From Candidatus Aenigmatarchaeota archaeon (GTDB taxonomy: Archaea; EX4484-52), in contig JAGLPV010000015.1 of assembly GCA_023137195.1 (NCBI GenBank), positions 27,075 to 91,074 on the forward strand: a stretch of 64,000 bases of DNA. Direction: 5' to 3'. The notes under the pieces were generated by a model. That model was given only the letters and a program-made list of their open reading frames with translations, was not told the origin of the DNA and made no database searches. This document shows, piece after piece, positions 37,571 to 46,181 of this stretch. Numbering within the stretch: the first letter of the stretch is position 1; the number at the start of each line of letters is the position of its first letter. A program made the translations under genes and the position numbers.

Positions 37571-38956
37571 CTATTCTTCTGTCTTCAATATTGCCTTAAA
37601 ATAGTCAATATATTTTTTATCATTTAGTCTTTTGAACAGGTAATCCAGTATGACTTTATTTACATAACAGTCGAAATCGCCCGGTGTTTTTGCGACAAAA
37701 CTCCCGTAAGTGGCATAAGTCATGACAGCACAGTTTCCGCAGAAATTATTGTATGCGCATGTGTCGCACAATGGCTGGAATTCCTGTGTGCGTGTTCTCA
37801 AATCCAGAGTATCCATTACAATCTGGCTGAAGGTTGTTGTCTTTATATTCCCTACTTTCAATTCAGGTATGCTTCTTGCAATGTCGCAGGGATAAATATC
37901 TCCGTTTGGCGTAATGGAAACCTGGGTCATTGCCGCTCCGCAGGGCATTCTCATACACATATATCTTTTTACAGGAAAGATTATGTTTTTTATAAATGTA
38001 GTTATGTTTCGGTCTGCCATCAGGTATTTTTTTTCGTTGAATAAAAAGACGCAATACTCAAATGAGTCTTTCAAAAAGTCTGCAAATTCTTTTTTGCCCG
38101 GGGTCAAATAAGTGTTTTTTTTGCCCCTGCCCAGCTCATTTACGGCGCGCAGATAAATGCCGTTTCTTCCCAGTTTTATGTACTCGTCAATTATTGCCCT
38201 TGCGCCAACATCAATTGATTTTTTTGTGATTGTGGGCATTGTGCCCACTGTTCTTTTTCTTTTTTCAAAATAATCGCACCACTTCACTACTGCATCATAA
38301 CTGCCTCTTCCGTCAATAAAACTTCTTTGGGCATCATGAAGTTCTCTTGGACCGTCAAGGGATGAAGAAAGACCTATGTTGTTTTCCAGGATGTAATCTG
38401 CTATTTCTAGGTTCATCAGGGTGAGATTGGATACGATTGTTGCGCTTGCAAGGGTCTTGTTGTATTTTTTTTTCCTTTTGTTGAATTCTTCCAGGATATA
38501 TTTTATTTTGTCAAACCTCAGCAATGGCTCTCCGCCCTGGAATTCAATTGTTATGTTCTTGTGGGGGAGATTTAGGATAAAATCAAGATATGCCTCAATT
38601 GTCCTGTCGTCCATGTCCAGATTCTCTTCTTCCCTGGTTCCGGCATTTGCATGGCAATAAAGGCAACCCAAATTGCACCTGTGTGTGAGATTGACAATGC
38701 AATTCATAAATATGGATTTGTTCTGCATGTATTGCATACCAGTAAGAGCAATAACATCTTTTGTGTTTTGTGTGTCAAGTAAAATCTTGTTTTCGACTAG
38801 CTTTTTTGTCCAGTTCTTATTTTGCCTGTATTGACCATTATTTAATGCCCTATACTCTTTTTCAGACAGCAATGCATAAGTTCCGCATCTGGTTGTTACC
38901 AAAAACAGGTCTTTGTCTATTTTCCTTGAAAAATACTCGTTTAGTACTGGTTCCAT
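37571..38956 (-). CDS. Radical SAM / SPASM-domain peptide-maturase-like protein
   Basis: CNLGCLYC (Cx3Cx2C) and EFQGGEPLL. C-terminal PCGAA...NGDIYPCD and CDTCAYNNFCGNC (SPASM CxxCx5Cx3C). About 85 aa precede the cluster motif and could be a peptide-binding domain. Confidence 0.8.
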   Translation of the reverse strand: MEPVLNEYFSRKIDKDLFLVTTRCGTYALLSEKEYRALNNGQYRQNKNWTKKLVENKILLDTQNTKDVIALTGMQYMQNKSIFMNCIVNLTHRCNLGCLYCHANAGTREEENLDMDDRTIEAYLDFILNLPHKNITIEFQGGEPLLRFDKIKYILEEFNKRKKKYNKTLASATIVSNLTLMNLEIADYILENNIGLSSSLDGPRELHDAQRSFIDGRGSYDAVVKWCDYFEKRKRTVGTMPTITKKSIDVGARAIIDEYIKLGRNGIYLRAVNELGRGKKNTYLTPGKKEFADFLKDSFEYCVFLFNEKKYLMADRNITTFIKNIIFPVKRYMCMRMPCGAAMTQVSITPNGDIYPCDIARSIPELKVGNIKTTTFSQIVMDTLDLRTRTQEFQPLCDTCAYNNFCGNCAVMTYATYGSFVAKTPGDFDCYVNKVILDYLFKRLNDKKYIDYFKAILKTEE

Positions 38957-38969
38957 ATTGCATCATTTG

Positions 38970-40736
38970 TCATTGTCTGGGGTTAAACTCACCTATCCCA
39001 TATTCTTTTATGTAGTTTGACCAGACGCCGTCGCATTTAGTCCTGTAAAATGAACAGGTTTTGCATATGTTGTTGTTTGCAGCTTCCTGGCTTTCTCTAT
39101 CATACAAAGGCATTCTTTTTTGCCTCAATGAATTTATGTTTTTGTAATTTTTTAAAACACAGATAGGGAACATGTCTACCTGACAATTTATTTTTTTTGA
39201 TTTTGCAAAGTTTATTGCAGAATCCATGTAAGGGGCTACTTTGCCTGCTTTTATAGAAAGTATTTTCTTGTTTCTTATTGCAGAGCCGTTTATACTTAGG
39301 AAACTAAAAATAATGCTTGTTTTGCCGGGGAATCTCGTGTGTAGAAAATCCACTATGTCTTTTAGATATATGTAATTCATCTTATGCATGACTATCTTTA
39401 TTATTATGGCGCAATTGTTGTTTACTAAGTTCTCAATGCCATTTAGTGTTTCGTTGAAACTTCCCTTTCTTTGTGTGATTTTGTCATGCAGTTCTGCATT
39501 GTGCCCGTGAATATCAATGCAAAAACGAGTTATTCCTGCTTGAATTATATTTTTCGCAAAAATATCATCCTTTAATTTTCTGCCATTTGTAGTTATGGAG
39601 ACATTGTCTGTGTATTTTTTTATGTGTTTTATCAAAGGAATTATGTCCTTAAATATTGTCGGCTCTCCGCCCATCAATACAATAGAATCCTGTTTTCTTA
39701 ATTTAAGCAAATCAATCTTTTCCTTTATTTTTTCCGGGGTCTTGTCGTTGGATGGGTTGTTTCCGTTTTCAGAGCAAAAAAGACAGTCATTATTGCATGC
39801 GCCGCATACATCAAAAACGATTGTTTTCTTATTTTCTTTTTTTTCCTGCTTTAATTCGCCTGTTCCAAACGCATCATAATAGCTGGACCATGTGCCATAG
39901 CATTTTTTGTTCAAATCGCATGAATAACATTCCGGGGCAGCTCCATGTTCATCTGTTTTATTCTGCACTTCCTTTGAAGGTGACCTATATAGGGAAACTG
40001 TGTCTGGCTGCTGCCCGGCATAATTCCGATATTCCTTACTAAGAACGCACAAAGGAATAGAATACAAAACCATGTTGATATTATATTTATTTGCGATATC
40101 TATTGCCTTATAGACATAAGGAATATAATCTGTAAAGGAAACTGCAACTTTGTCTTTAGATGCCAGTGCCATCCCCCTGATATCCAGCCCGTTTATTGAC
40201 ATATTCTTTACTGAAGGGAAATTCTTTGCGACAAACTCGACAATCTGCGGCATGTCTTTATAATTTAGCTTTGTGACTATTATTTTTACAGTTACAGGAA
40301 CATTTAGTTGGGATAAATTTTTTATTCCCTGGTGGGTCTCTCTAAAACTCCCTTTTACCTGTGTGAGTTCATCGTGTTTTTCCTCTTTCCAGTGATGCAA
40401 TGCAGTAATGACGCTTCTTATATTGTATCCTGAAAATTCTCCGGCAAATGCAAAATTGCAAAATCTCCTGCCGTTTGTAAGCAGAGAGTAATGCAAATAA
40501 GGATATTTTTGACCCAGGTATGATAAAATATACAAAAAATCTTCTCTTACTGTCGGCTCACCACCAGAAAGTTCAATAAGCCCAATGTCCTTGTTTTTTT
40601 CCAGGCGATTATTAAAGAAATCCAAAACTTCTTTTTTTGTCATATTCTTATTCCTGTTGGAATGCGCATCCACAACACAAATAAGACAATTATTATTGCA
40701 CCTGTATCCGAGCGCGCAATAGCATTTTGTAAACAT
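38970..40736 (-). CDS. Fused tandem double radical SAM protein
   Basis: There are two homologous halves. Half 1 has YRCNNNCLIC, LSGGEPTV, LTNGRRF, HDELTQVKGSFRETHQGIKNL and CYSCDLNKKCYGTWSSYY. Half 2 has CGACNNDCLFC, LMGGEPTI, TTNGRKL, HDKITQRKGSFNETLNGIENL and CKTCSFYRTKCDGVWSNY. Confidence 0.8.
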   Translation of the reverse strand: MFTKCYCALGYRCNNNCLICVVDAHSNRNKNMTKKEVLDFFNNRLEKNKDIGLIELSGGEPTVREDFLYILSYLGQKYPYLHYSLLTNGRRFCNFAFAGEFSGYNIRSVITALHHWKEEKHDELTQVKGSFRETHQGIKNLSQLNVPVTVKIIVTKLNYKDMPQIVEFVAKNFPSVKNMSINGLDIRGMALASKDKVAVSFTDYIPYVYKAIDIANKYNINMVLYSIPLCVLSKEYRNYAGQQPDTVSLYRSPSKEVQNKTDEHGAAPECYSCDLNKKCYGTWSSYYDAFGTGELKQEKKENKKTIVFDVCGACNNDCLFCSENGNNPSNDKTPEKIKEKIDLLKLRKQDSIVLMGGEPTIFKDIIPLIKHIKKYTDNVSITTNGRKLKDDIFAKNIIQAGITRFCIDIHGHNAELHDKITQRKGSFNETLNGIENLVNNNCAIIIKIVMHKMNYIYLKDIVDFLHTRFPGKTSIIFSFLSINGSAIRNKKILSIKAGKVAPYMDSAINFAKSKKINCQVDMFPICVLKNYKNINSLRQKRMPLYDRESQEAANNNICKTCSFYRTKCDGVWSNYIKEYGIGEFNPRQ

Positions 40737-40739
40737 AGC

Positions 40740-41072
40740 CTATAACCACCTAAGAGACCATGTATTGGAATGCCTGGTCCAGTTGCACCAGTCGCTCCAG
40801 TCGCACCAGTCACACCACTGCGCCCAGTTACTCCATCCAGCATGATGCGTGTTTTTTACAGAAGGGTTTGTGCTATTATTCCACCCGGAAACGCAGGTTG
40901 ATGCCTCTGCCTCCGGTGAGCTGGAAAGCAGATATCCTGCTGCTGCACCTAAAAGGACAAGCCCTGTAATAACTCCTGTTTTTTCATCATTACTCAGGTA
41001 ATTCAGAGAAAACATAGCTTTCTTGTTTTCAAGCTTGTTTTTTATCTTTTTTATTTTATCTGCAAAAGCCAT
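40740..41072 (-). CDS. Candidate precursor peptide with a C-terminal (W-x-x)7 Trp/Cys ladder
   Basis: 110 aa with an ATG start, and its stop lies 3 nt before the rSAM gene ATG. It has a Lys-rich N-terminus, a hydrophobic segment GVITGLVLLGAAAGYLL, the AEAS motif, then ...HHAGWSNWAQWCDWCDWSDWCNWTRHSNTWSLRWL. Confidence 0.6.
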   Translation of the reverse strand: MAFADKIKKIKNKLENKKAMFSLNYLSNDEKTGVITGLVLLGAAAGYLLSSSPEAEASTCVSGWNNSTNPSVKNTHHAGWSNWAQWCDWCDWSDWCNWTRHSNTWSLRWL

Positions 41073-41121
41073 ATAAAAGCATAATATTTAATTATTTAAA
41101 TTTAATTCATTCAATATACTT

Positions 41122-42276
41122 ATGAAAATTGCAATAATAGGAACAGGACTTACTAATTTTGGAGAACATTGGGACAAAAACCTCTCTGATTTAGCATTTG
41201 AAGCAGGAATACAGGCAATAACAGATGCAGAAATTACCAGCAAGGATATTGACTCAATGTACCTGGGGAATATGAGTGCCGGAAGATTCACAGGACAGGA
41301 TCATCTCGGGGCATTTTTTGCAGATAAAATCGGATTGACTGTTCCTTCCACCCGTATTGAAGGTGCATGTGCCTCTGGTGCTCTTGCACTTCGATGCGGT
41401 ATAAATTCTATACTTGCCGGTGAATCAAAGGTTGTAATGGTGGGTGGTGCGGAAAAAATGACGGATGTTTCCACTGCCAATGTCACAACAGGGCTCATGG
41501 GTGCAGGAGATGAAGAATGGGAAGGTGAAGTCGGCGCAACGTTTCCTTCTCTTTATGCTCTGATGGCTCAAAGATACATCCATGAGTTTGGTGCAAAAAA
41601 AGAGTATATTTCTTATGCAGCGGTAAAAAATCATTATCATGCTTCTATGAATCCTACTGCCCAGTTTCCAAAAGAAATCACGCTGGATACTGTTATGAAT
41701 GCTACTATGGTAGCAGACCCGCTAACTTTATTTGACTGTTCTCCTATTACTGACGGCGCAGCAGCAGTAATTATTGCAGATGAGGCGACCGCAAAAAAAT
41801 ATACGGATTCTCCCATATATATTACTGCCTCTACACAGGCACAGGACACTTTAGCCCTCCATAACAGGAAAAGCCTGACGACATTGAATGCAACTGTGAT
41901 GGCAGGGAAAAAAGCATTGGCTCAGTCAAACAAGACAATAAAAGATATTGATTTGTGCGAAGTCCATGACTGCTTTACGATAGCAGAAATCCTTGCAATA
42001 GAGGACTTGGGCTTCTTTGAGAAAGGAAAAGGTGCTCTTGCAACATACAATAAAGAAACTACGCTAAACCATGGAGAAGTAACAATAAACTCTTCCGGTG
42101 GACTTAAAGCATGCGGACATCCTGTGGGGGCAACCGGAATAAAGCAGATTGTTGAAGTTGTAGAACAATTGAAAGGAACCTGTGGGAAGAGACAGGTAAA
42201 GGATGCAGAAGTCGGCATGACACACAATGTCGGCGGAAGCGGGGCAACTGCGGTTGTTCATGTTCTTGAAAAATAA
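41122..42276 (+). CDS. Thiolase (acetyl-CoA C-acetyltransferase, archaeal type)
   Basis: Active-site RIEGACASGALAL. C-terminal GHPVGATG and NVGGSGAT motifs. 384 aa. Confidence 0.85.
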   Translation: MKIAIIGTGLTNFGEHWDKNLSDLAFEAGIQAITDAEITSKDIDSMYLGNMSAGRFTGQDHLGAFFADKIGLTVPSTRIEGACASGALALRCGINSILAGESKVVMVGGAEKMTDVSTANVTTGLMGAGDEEWEGEVGATFPSLYALMAQRYIHEFGAKKEYISYAAVKNHYHASMNPTAQFPKEITLDTVMNATMVADPLTLFDCSPITDGAAAVIIADEATAKKYTDSPIYITASTQAQDTLALHNRKSLTTLNATVMAGKKALAQSNKTIKDIDLCEVHDCFTIAEILAIEDLGFFEKGKGALATYNKETTLNHGEVTINSSGGLKACGHPVGATGIKQIVEVVEQLKGTCGKRQVKDAEVGMTHNVGGSGATAVVHVLEK

Positions 42277-42324
42277 TCCCCTAAGAAGTGATTTGTTTGG
42301 GTTTGTGCGTACTGTCTCCTAACT

Positions 42325-42512
42325 ATATCGCGGCACAAAAGTAATCATGGAAGTTTCCTTGAGATATGCAATACTTCCAAGATTTTTTTCTTGTTTTCTT
42401 ACGATTATGCAACAACAAAAAAATGCAAGTATTGTGGCGTGATATACTAGCAGAATACATAAATACTATCAAATACCAATTATATTTTTTTGCATTATTT
42501 ATGTGTTCTGCT
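42325..42512 (+). repeat. Two-hairpin intergenic element, family 1, copy b (expanded first loop)
   Basis: It has the same stems as 7903..8006: atatcgcggcac with gtggcgtgatat, and agcagaatacataaata with tatttatgtgttctgct. About 80 extra nt sit in loop 1, and one A-U to G-C compensatory change is in stem 2. Confidence 0.6.
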
Positions 42513-42530
42513 ATATTCTTTTGTGTAATC

Positions 42531-43625
42531 CTAAATTAGCAAACAATATAAATAATTCAAAAGCAGGATTATTATAAAACTGGCAACAAATGCCTTGAGC
42601 AAATCCTCTTTTTGGGCATATTCCTGCTTGTTGTAATAAATTAGTGCAATTAGAGCCGAAGCGAAAATTATCCAAAACCAGTATGTACTGCATGTTTTAG
42701 CAGAAACATCTTTTGATATTATGTTGTCTCCATCCTCTGTTGCTATTCCTGCCGGTGAAATATCAGAAGTCACAATAATAAATCCGGTTTTGTATATTTT
42801 TTTTCCCCTTACATCAAGTGCTATTTTTACCTTGTATTTCCCGTCCTTTATTTCCTCTCTGTCCCTCCACAATACTGTGCTTTTTCTTAGGTCACTATCT
42901 CCCAATAACATTGTTCCTAAATTTTCCTTTTCAAAAATAATATCATCATACTCATCATATATTTTTATTGCTTTTGCTTCAAAAGGCACTGTGATTGTTC
43001 CTGTGTTTTTAACATGATAATCCACATATACGGAATTCTTGTTTGTTCTTCGCCCTTCTATCTGGGAAATTTCTCCATCTATTGAAACTTTTCCCGGGAC
43101 CCTGAATATTATCGATGGTCTTGTAAGGGCAACCAAATTAACGGTTGGTCTTCCTATCTTTTTGGGTAAATTTGAACTCATAGAAATGGATAACACATGA
43201 ATTCCCGGCTCTGCATCCAATGGAACAGATATTTTTACAGGGATGACTGCATTTGGGTCGAGGTTATATTCTTTAGGAACAGGAATACTAACTGATGAGG
43301 AAGAACTAAATTTTATATTGTCTTTTATTTCCACCCACGAAGATACATCTTCAAATGAAAGTTCCATAGGATCGTATTTGAATTTTTCCCCTGTTCCGGA
43401 CTCCATAAATATATTATGGTGGGGTTGAATATAACTGGTGCTTAAAACTATCTTTTCCTCAGAATCTGTAGCTACAAATATATAATTCGTTATAATTTCT
43501 CCTTTTGAGATTGTCCCGAAATTTGAAATGAGAGGCGTTGCACCCACAGAATAGCCGGATGCATCAAAAGAAAATAAATACATTGCTGTAATGGCAAAAT
43601 AAATAAAAAACTTTGATTTAAACAT
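42531..43625 (-). CDS. Secreted hypothetical protein with C-terminal TM anchor
   Basis: MFKSKFFIYFAITAMYLFSFDASG signal and C-terminal YWFWIIFASALIALIYY anchor. The track start 43643 is TTG; the first ATG is at 43625. Confidence 0.5.
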   Translation of the reverse strand: MFKSKFFIYFAITAMYLFSFDASGYSVGATPLISNFGTISKGEIITNYIFVATDSEEKIVLSTSYIQPHHNIFMESGTGEKFKYDPMELSFEDVSSWVEIKDNIKFSSSSSVSIPVPKEYNLDPNAVIPVKISVPLDAEPGIHVLSISMSSNLPKKIGRPTVNLVALTRPSIIFRVPGKVSIDGEISQIEGRRTNKNSVYVDYHVKNTGTITVPFEAKAIKIYDEYDDIIFEKENLGTMLLGDSDLRKSTVLWRDREEIKDGKYKVKIALDVRGKKIYKTGFIIVTSDISPAGIATEDGDNIISKDVSAKTCSTYWFWIIFASALIALIYYNKQEYAQKEDLLKAFVASFIIILLLNYLYCLLI

Positions 43626-43654
43626 AGATACTAAAAGAACCAATGTTTTTATAA

Positions 43655-44065
43655 TTATCCGGTATTATCCGGCTCTGTGTCTGGTTCAATTAATTTTATT
43701 TTGAAAAACCGCTCCAGCTTGCTTATTGTTGAATCATCAGGAGTAAATTCCCCATGCTCTATTTTTTTCATAATGCTTTCTTTGATGTTGAGCTTATTGG
43801 CAAGATCCTTTATTGTAAGTCCCTGCTGCTGGCGTTTTTTCTGAATCAATAGGTTAAAATTGCCTTTCAATTCTCTTTCATTTTCAGAAAAAATATCCTC
43901 TTTGTCTTCTGATTGTTTTTCAAAAACATATGGTTTGCTTTCCGGCTCTTTTTCTATTACTTTGCCCCGATTAGCACAATTTGGGCACACATACATAGAA
44001 CTTCCTTCAATTTCACAATTAATTAATTCCCTGCATTCCTTACTACAAATTTCACACTCTTCCAT
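43655..44065 (-). CDS. mbf1: Archaeal multiprotein-bridging factor 1 (Zn-ribbon plus XRE-type HTH)
   Basis: N-terminal CEICSKEC...CPNCANRG zinc ribbon. C-terminal HTH QQGLTIKDLANKLNIKESIMKKIEHG. Confidence 0.8.
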   Translation of the reverse strand: MEECEICSKECRELINCEIEGSSMYVCPNCANRGKVIEKEPESKPYVFEKQSEDKEDIFSENERELKGNFNLLIQKKRQQQGLTIKDLANKLNIKESIMKKIEHGEFTPDDSTISKLERFFKIKLIEPDTEPDNTG

Positions 44066-44078
44066 AAAAACACCTTTA

Positions 44079-44153
44079 TGGTCTGAGTGAGACTTGAACT
44101 CACGACTTCTGCGTTATCAGCGCAGCGCTCTAACCAAACTGAGCCACCAGACC
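44079..44153 (-). tRNA. tRNA-Ile (anticodon GAU)
   Basis: Hand-folded cloverleaf: GGTCTGG TG GCTC AGTTTGGTTA GAGC G CTGCG CTGATAA CGCAG AAGTC GTGAG TTCAAGT CTCAC TCAGACC A. All four stems pair, with one G-U in the acceptor stem. Confidence 0.9.
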
Positions 44154-44327
44154 GTTTTTTGGCAGTGTATGCTAATTCAATCCCCCTATGTATTTTTTGC
44201 ATGAGTAGAGGTTGTGAAAAAAGATTCCCCTACTGACCAACTGAGCTACAAGACGGTTTTATTGCTTTAACTACCAAGTGATTAATTAAGAATTATAATT
44301 TTAAATAATTACTTTTATCTGATTGAT

Positions 44328-45071
44328 ATGGATAAAATCTACGATTTACTTGTCTGCCCGGAAAATACCACTAAAGAAGAACTTGACAAATTCGTCGAAA
44401 TTGGACAGGAACTGAACCTATCCGGGTTGTGTTTTTGTTTTAAAGGAGAATCAATAAAAGAAGCAGATAATATGAAATCTATTGTTGAAACAATGAAGAG
44501 AAGCAAAAAAACAAAGATGGAAATTTTCTTTGGAATCATAATCTCTGAGGCAAAAAAAGAAAAGATGATTCAAAAAATAAATTTATTTAGAAATATGGCG
44601 GACATAATCGCAGTAAAAGCACTCAACTCTCCAATGCAAAGAGCAATATGTGAAAATAAAAAAACAGATTTGCTTATCCGGAATTATGTTGTTGCGCCTG
44701 AATCACATAAAGAAGGGTATTTTGACAAAATCATGACGGATTTATGCAAAAAAAACAATGTCGCAAATACCATATTGTTTTCTGATTTAATAACATTTTA
44801 TAAAACAAAAAGAGCAAATTACATTAAATTCGTAAAAAGTGATTTGATGCTATTTAATAAAAGAAAAGCACCTTTTGTTGTTGTGAGTGCCGCAAAGACT
44901 CCTTCTGAATTAAGAGATGCTTATTCTTTGCTGTCCATTGTAAAAATATTTGAAAAGGACAATGAATACAGGAAAACTATAGGGAATAACTCAGTCAACA
45001 TAATAGAAAAAATAAAAGCGAAAATGAGTGAAAATTACATCTCAGAAGGAATAAATACTAAAAATATATAA
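44328..45071 (+). CDS. rnp3: RNase P protein component 3 (Rpp30 homolog)
   Basis: 247 aa. It follows the pattern of the archaeal Rpp30 TIM-barrel (..DIIAVKALNS.., ..FDKIMTDLCKKNNVANTILFSDL.., ..RANYIKFVKSDLMLFNKRKAPFVVVSAAKTPSELRD..). Assigned by similarity recalled from Pyrococcus Rpp30. Confidence 0.6.
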   Translation: MDKIYDLLVCPENTTKEELDKFVEIGQELNLSGLCFCFKGESIKEADNMKSIVETMKRSKKTKMEIFFGIIISEAKKEKMIQKINLFRNMADIIAVKALNSPMQRAICENKKTDLLIRNYVVAPESHKEGYFDKIMTDLCKKNNVANTILFSDLITFYKTKRANYIKFVKSDLMLFNKRKAPFVVVSAAKTPSELRDAYSLLSIVKIFEKDNEYRKTIGNNSVNIIEKIKAKMSENYISEGINTKNI

Positions 45072-45092
45072 ATGTAAACAAATAATAAGATT

Positions 45093-45683
45093 ATGGTGCC
45101 GCATTTAAAAGGAATTCTGGATCAAATTATAGATATATCTAATTTAAAACTTGGGATTTACCAGTCTAAAACAAAATATATCGCGGAATTCGGCTTTTAT
45201 TCCATGATTGCTTATTTTACGCCTATTCTTTTTATGCATCATCAGTTGTACACAGGTGTACTTGTAAATTCTATGCTTATTGCTGGTGCGCTATATATGA
45301 AAGGGAAAAATCTGATTCCTCTGATAGTACTTCCGAGCGTGGGTGCCTTGTCACAAGGGTATTTGTTTGGCTCTCTTGGTGTTTACCTGTTTTATATGCT
45401 GCCTTTTATATGGGTCGGCAATGCACTCCTTATATTTTTAATAAAAACAGTTTACCTGAAAAAGAAAAAACATTTCGTCTCAGGGATATTATTTGGAAGC
45501 GCATTGAAAAGCGTTTTTTTATTTGGTTGTGCTTTTGCCTTATTTTCTGCAGGTATGGTGCCAAAAATGTTCCTTGTTGCATTTGGAACTATGCAATTCA
45601 CAACTGCCTTTTTTGCAGGAATGGTCATATGGCCATTGAATGAATTGCGCTTAAAGCTAAATAAAAAAGCATTATCCGGATAA
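45093..45683 (+). CDS. Polytopic membrane protein (unknown function)
   Basis: 196 aa with five to six hydrophobic helices. No motif recognised. Confidence 0.45.
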   Translation: MVPHLKGILDQIIDISNLKLGIYQSKTKYIAEFGFYSMIAYFTPILFMHHQLYTGVLVNSMLIAGALYMKGKNLIPLIVLPSVGALSQGYLFGSLGVYLFYMLPFIWVGNALLIFLIKTVYLKKKKHFVSGILFGSALKSVFLFGCAFALFSAGMVPKMFLVAFGTMQFTTAFFAGMVIWPLNELRLKLNKKALSG

Positions 45684-45685
45684 TT

Positions 45686-46114
45686 ATGAAGAAAACTACT
45701 ATAAAAAAAACAATTGGTTGTGTTGAAATAATAACCCTAAAAGGGACTCTTTGTTCAAAAAAAGTTGTTGCTCTTATCGATACCGGCGCAACATACACAT
45801 GCATCGACAAAAAAATAGCAGAAGAAATCGGATTTGAAAAAATTACAAGGCACATAAAAATTAAATTAAAAGCATCTGAAGAAAATTTCGTGAGGCGACC
45901 GGTCATAAAAACATGTGTGGGGCTGGATGGAGCTGTCTTTGATGTAGAAGCAAATATTGAAGACCGGTCTAATATGACCTTTCCTGTAATTGTCGGGAGA
46001 AATGTATTGTACAATCATTTCCTTGTTGATGTTGAAAAAAACAATACTTCATTTATTATAACTGAACAAAAAGATTCCTTTGGGGAAAAAATCAAGGATT
46101 TGACTGAAAATTAA
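45686..46114 (+). CDS. Retropepsin-like aspartic peptidase-fold protein
   Basis: VALIDTGATYTCI (D-T-G-A) and a later VIVGRNVL motif. 142 aa. The start lies 3 nt after the upstream stop. Confidence 0.6.
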   Translation: MKKTTIKKTIGCVEIITLKGTLCSKKVVALIDTGATYTCIDKKIAEEIGFEKITRHIKIKLKASEENFVRRPVIKTCVGLDGAVFDVEANIEDRSNMTFPVIVGRNVLYNHFLVDVEKNNTSFIITEQKDSFGEKIKDLTEN

Positions 46115-46181
46115 GATTAAATAAATTCCAAAAGTATATAATATCAATATGTACTTATATTTATAGGGAAATGTGAATCAT

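Noticed and set aside
40640-40843. ORF encoding a Gly/Thr/Ala repeat (GVTGRSGVTGATGATGATG...)
   Set aside because: It is an alternative-frame shadow of the TGG-TGY-GAC periodic DNA that encodes the Trp ladder. It straddles the boundary of two well-supported genes and has no independent start context.
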